Source of the DNA: a virus
Lineage: Duplodnaviria > Caudoviricetes
IMG/VR virus record: IMGVR_UViG_3300006055_000002
Coordinates: 1-34,531 of that record
Strand: one strand, 5' to 3'
DNA length: 34,531 bases
Shown: in pieces, positions 33,178 through 34,531 of the stretch
Layout: each line of letters opens with the position of its first letter
How positions within the stretch are numbered: the first letter of the stretch is position 1
Translations under genes and position numbers: made by a program
The notes under the pieces: model-generated
Databases searched by the model: none
What the model saw: only the letters and a program-made list of their open reading frames with translations
What the model was told of the DNA's origin: nothing

Positions 33178-33528
33178 TTGCCATCACCACGAAAGACCGC
33201 AGCGAGTTTCGATCTCGACGACTTCGAGCGGCCGGACAAAGCCGGACCGTTCTCGGTCACCCTCGGAGGCCGGGAGTACACGCTCGTCGACGTCACCGAG
33301 CTCGACTATCGGGAGCTGCTGGAGACCTACCAGTTCGCCGAGAGCGGTGACTTCGAACCAGCCATCCGGTGCATCCTGCCGGAAGAGGACCGGGACGAGT
33401 TCTTCGCGAACAAGATCCCCATCTACCTGTTCGAAGAACTCTTCGATCGGTACAACAAGCACCACGGGATCGATCCAAAAAAAGCCAACGCCTCGCCGCC
33501 CTCCTCGCGAGGTACGGGGCGGCGATAG
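33178..33528 (+). CDS. Tail assembly chaperone (G-like)
   Basis: TTG start after GGAGGAG; lies between tail tube and tape measure genes. Confidence 0.8.
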   Translation: MPSPRKTAASFDLDDFERPDKAGPFSVTLGGREYTLVDVTELDYRELLETYQFAESGDFEPAIRCILPEEDRDEFFANKIPIYLFEELFDRYNKHHGIDPKKANASPPSSRGTGRR

Positions 33529-33917
33529 AGGCGGACCTTGCATTCCGGGGTTGGGATGTCGGTGAGTTGTGGCGCCAGCGCAAATGGCGCCAGCTGCTCA
33601 ACCTGATCGACCACCTGCCCCGGGCCTCGTTCTACATCCAAGCCATCACCATGGACGAGGAGTATGCAGCGGCCGTCTCCGGTCAGCCCATAGATCGACC
33701 CAGGGCCTTGCTGTCGGACTACTCGCCCGAAGTGGAGCTCCTCGCTGCCGTGTTCGACCGGCTCGGTGAGCTGATCAACGTGCAGATCATGCGGGGTCAG
33801 GGGAAAGCCCAGAGCCTGGAGCCCTGGCCACGGCCCGTCACGGCCATGCAGGTCCTCGAGGACCGAAGCAAGCGGGACCAGCACCGACGACTGGTCGAGC
33901 GCATGGTGCCCAAGTAG
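33178..33917 (+). CDS. Tail assembly chaperone, -1 frameshift product (GT-like)
   Basis: Slippery A AAA AAA at 33477-33483; the -1 frame is open to 33917 ('YGAAIEADL..L..LIDHLP'). Confidence 0.8.
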
Positions 33918-33932
33918 CCCCCTGGAGGAGCC

Positions 33933-34531
33933 ATGGCCGACTATTCCATCGGCTCCGTCTTCATGCAGGTGGTCCCCTCCTTCCAGGGGATCGTGGGGAC
34001 GATCGAGGAAGAGGCGGCCAGGTGGGGTGAATCTGCGGGCGCATCCTTCTCGAAGACCTTCAAGACGACGGTCGAAGAGGAGACCAAGGACACCCCGATC
34101 GGTCCCTCCGATGAGGACTCCACCACGAAGGGCTCGAAGTCGGCGGGAGCTTTCGCTGACGGGTTCAAGGCTCGCCTCCAGGCGGCACTACGCGATCTCC
34201 CCGACGCCAAGATCGACGGGGACTCGACCGACGCCGATCGGAAGATCGCCGAGGTCCGGGCCGCGCTGCTCGAGCTGAGCCAGAAGACCATCGGCATCGA
34301 TATCTCTGATGCCGAGGCGCTGGCCAAGGTAGCCGAGCTCAAGGCCATCCTCACCGAGATCGGTGCGAGCAGTGAGTCGATCCGACTCCAGGTCGACACG
34401 GCGGCAGCCGCAGCCAAGCTCGGCGCGTTCGAGACACAGGCCTCGATCGAGGGTTCGAAGTCCGGCGGGTCGTTCTCGGATCAGTTCACGAGGCGGGTCG
34501 ACGCCGCGCTGAAGGCGCTGCCAGAGATCAC
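33933..34531 (+). CDS. Tape measure protein (5' part, truncated by the window)
   Basis: GGAGG RBS; 'MADYSIGSVFMQVVPSFQG'; Ala-rich helical sequence with internal repeat 'GSKS.G.F.D.F..R..AAL..LP'. Confidence 0.88.
   Translation, partial: MADYSIGSVFMQVVPSFQGIVGTIEEEAARWGESAGASFSKTFKTTVEEETKDTPIGPSDEDSTTKGSKSAGAFADGFKARLQAALRDLPDAKIDGDSTDADRKIAEVRAALLELSQKTIGIDISDAEALAKVAELKAILTEIGASSESIRLQVDTAAAAAKLGAFETQASIEGSKSGGSFSDQFTRRVDAALKALPEI

Larger units (their letters stand above)
2294..34531. mobile_element. Temperate siphovirus-like prophage, extending beyond the window
   Basis: Immunity switch, early/replication, packaging, head and tail modules occur in canonical order. Confidence 0.93.

Overview
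High-GC actinobacterial DNA. The window holds the left ~32 kb of a temperate siphovirus-like prophage (about 2294 to beyond the window end), preceded by the end of a probably separate, slightly lower-GC integrative element (DUF2314-like/HNH-like gene, excisionase, tyrosine integrase). At the junction (2267-2293, minus strand) is what looks like the 3' end of the RNase P RNA gene rnpB, apparently used as an att core. Prophage order: SHOCT protein; CI/Cro switch; excisionase-like HTH; early genes (HNHs, large ParB-like protein, C5 methyltransferase, HTH replication initiator with iterons, Rpf-like transglycosylase, RtcB); a promoter followed at once by a terminator; packaging HNH and cos region; initiator tRNA-fMet; then terminase, portal, head and tail genes up to the start of the tape measure gene. 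Strongest leads: (1) seven copies of a 15-bp palindrome GATTCNGCCGGAATC spread every ~3-6 kb in a phage carrying an orphan ParB (KorB/parS-like candidate); (2) integration at rnpB; (3) a lambda pR'/tR'/Q-like late switch; (4) RtcB plus a variant initiator tRNA. All product calls come from reading motifs by eye; no database searches were run.
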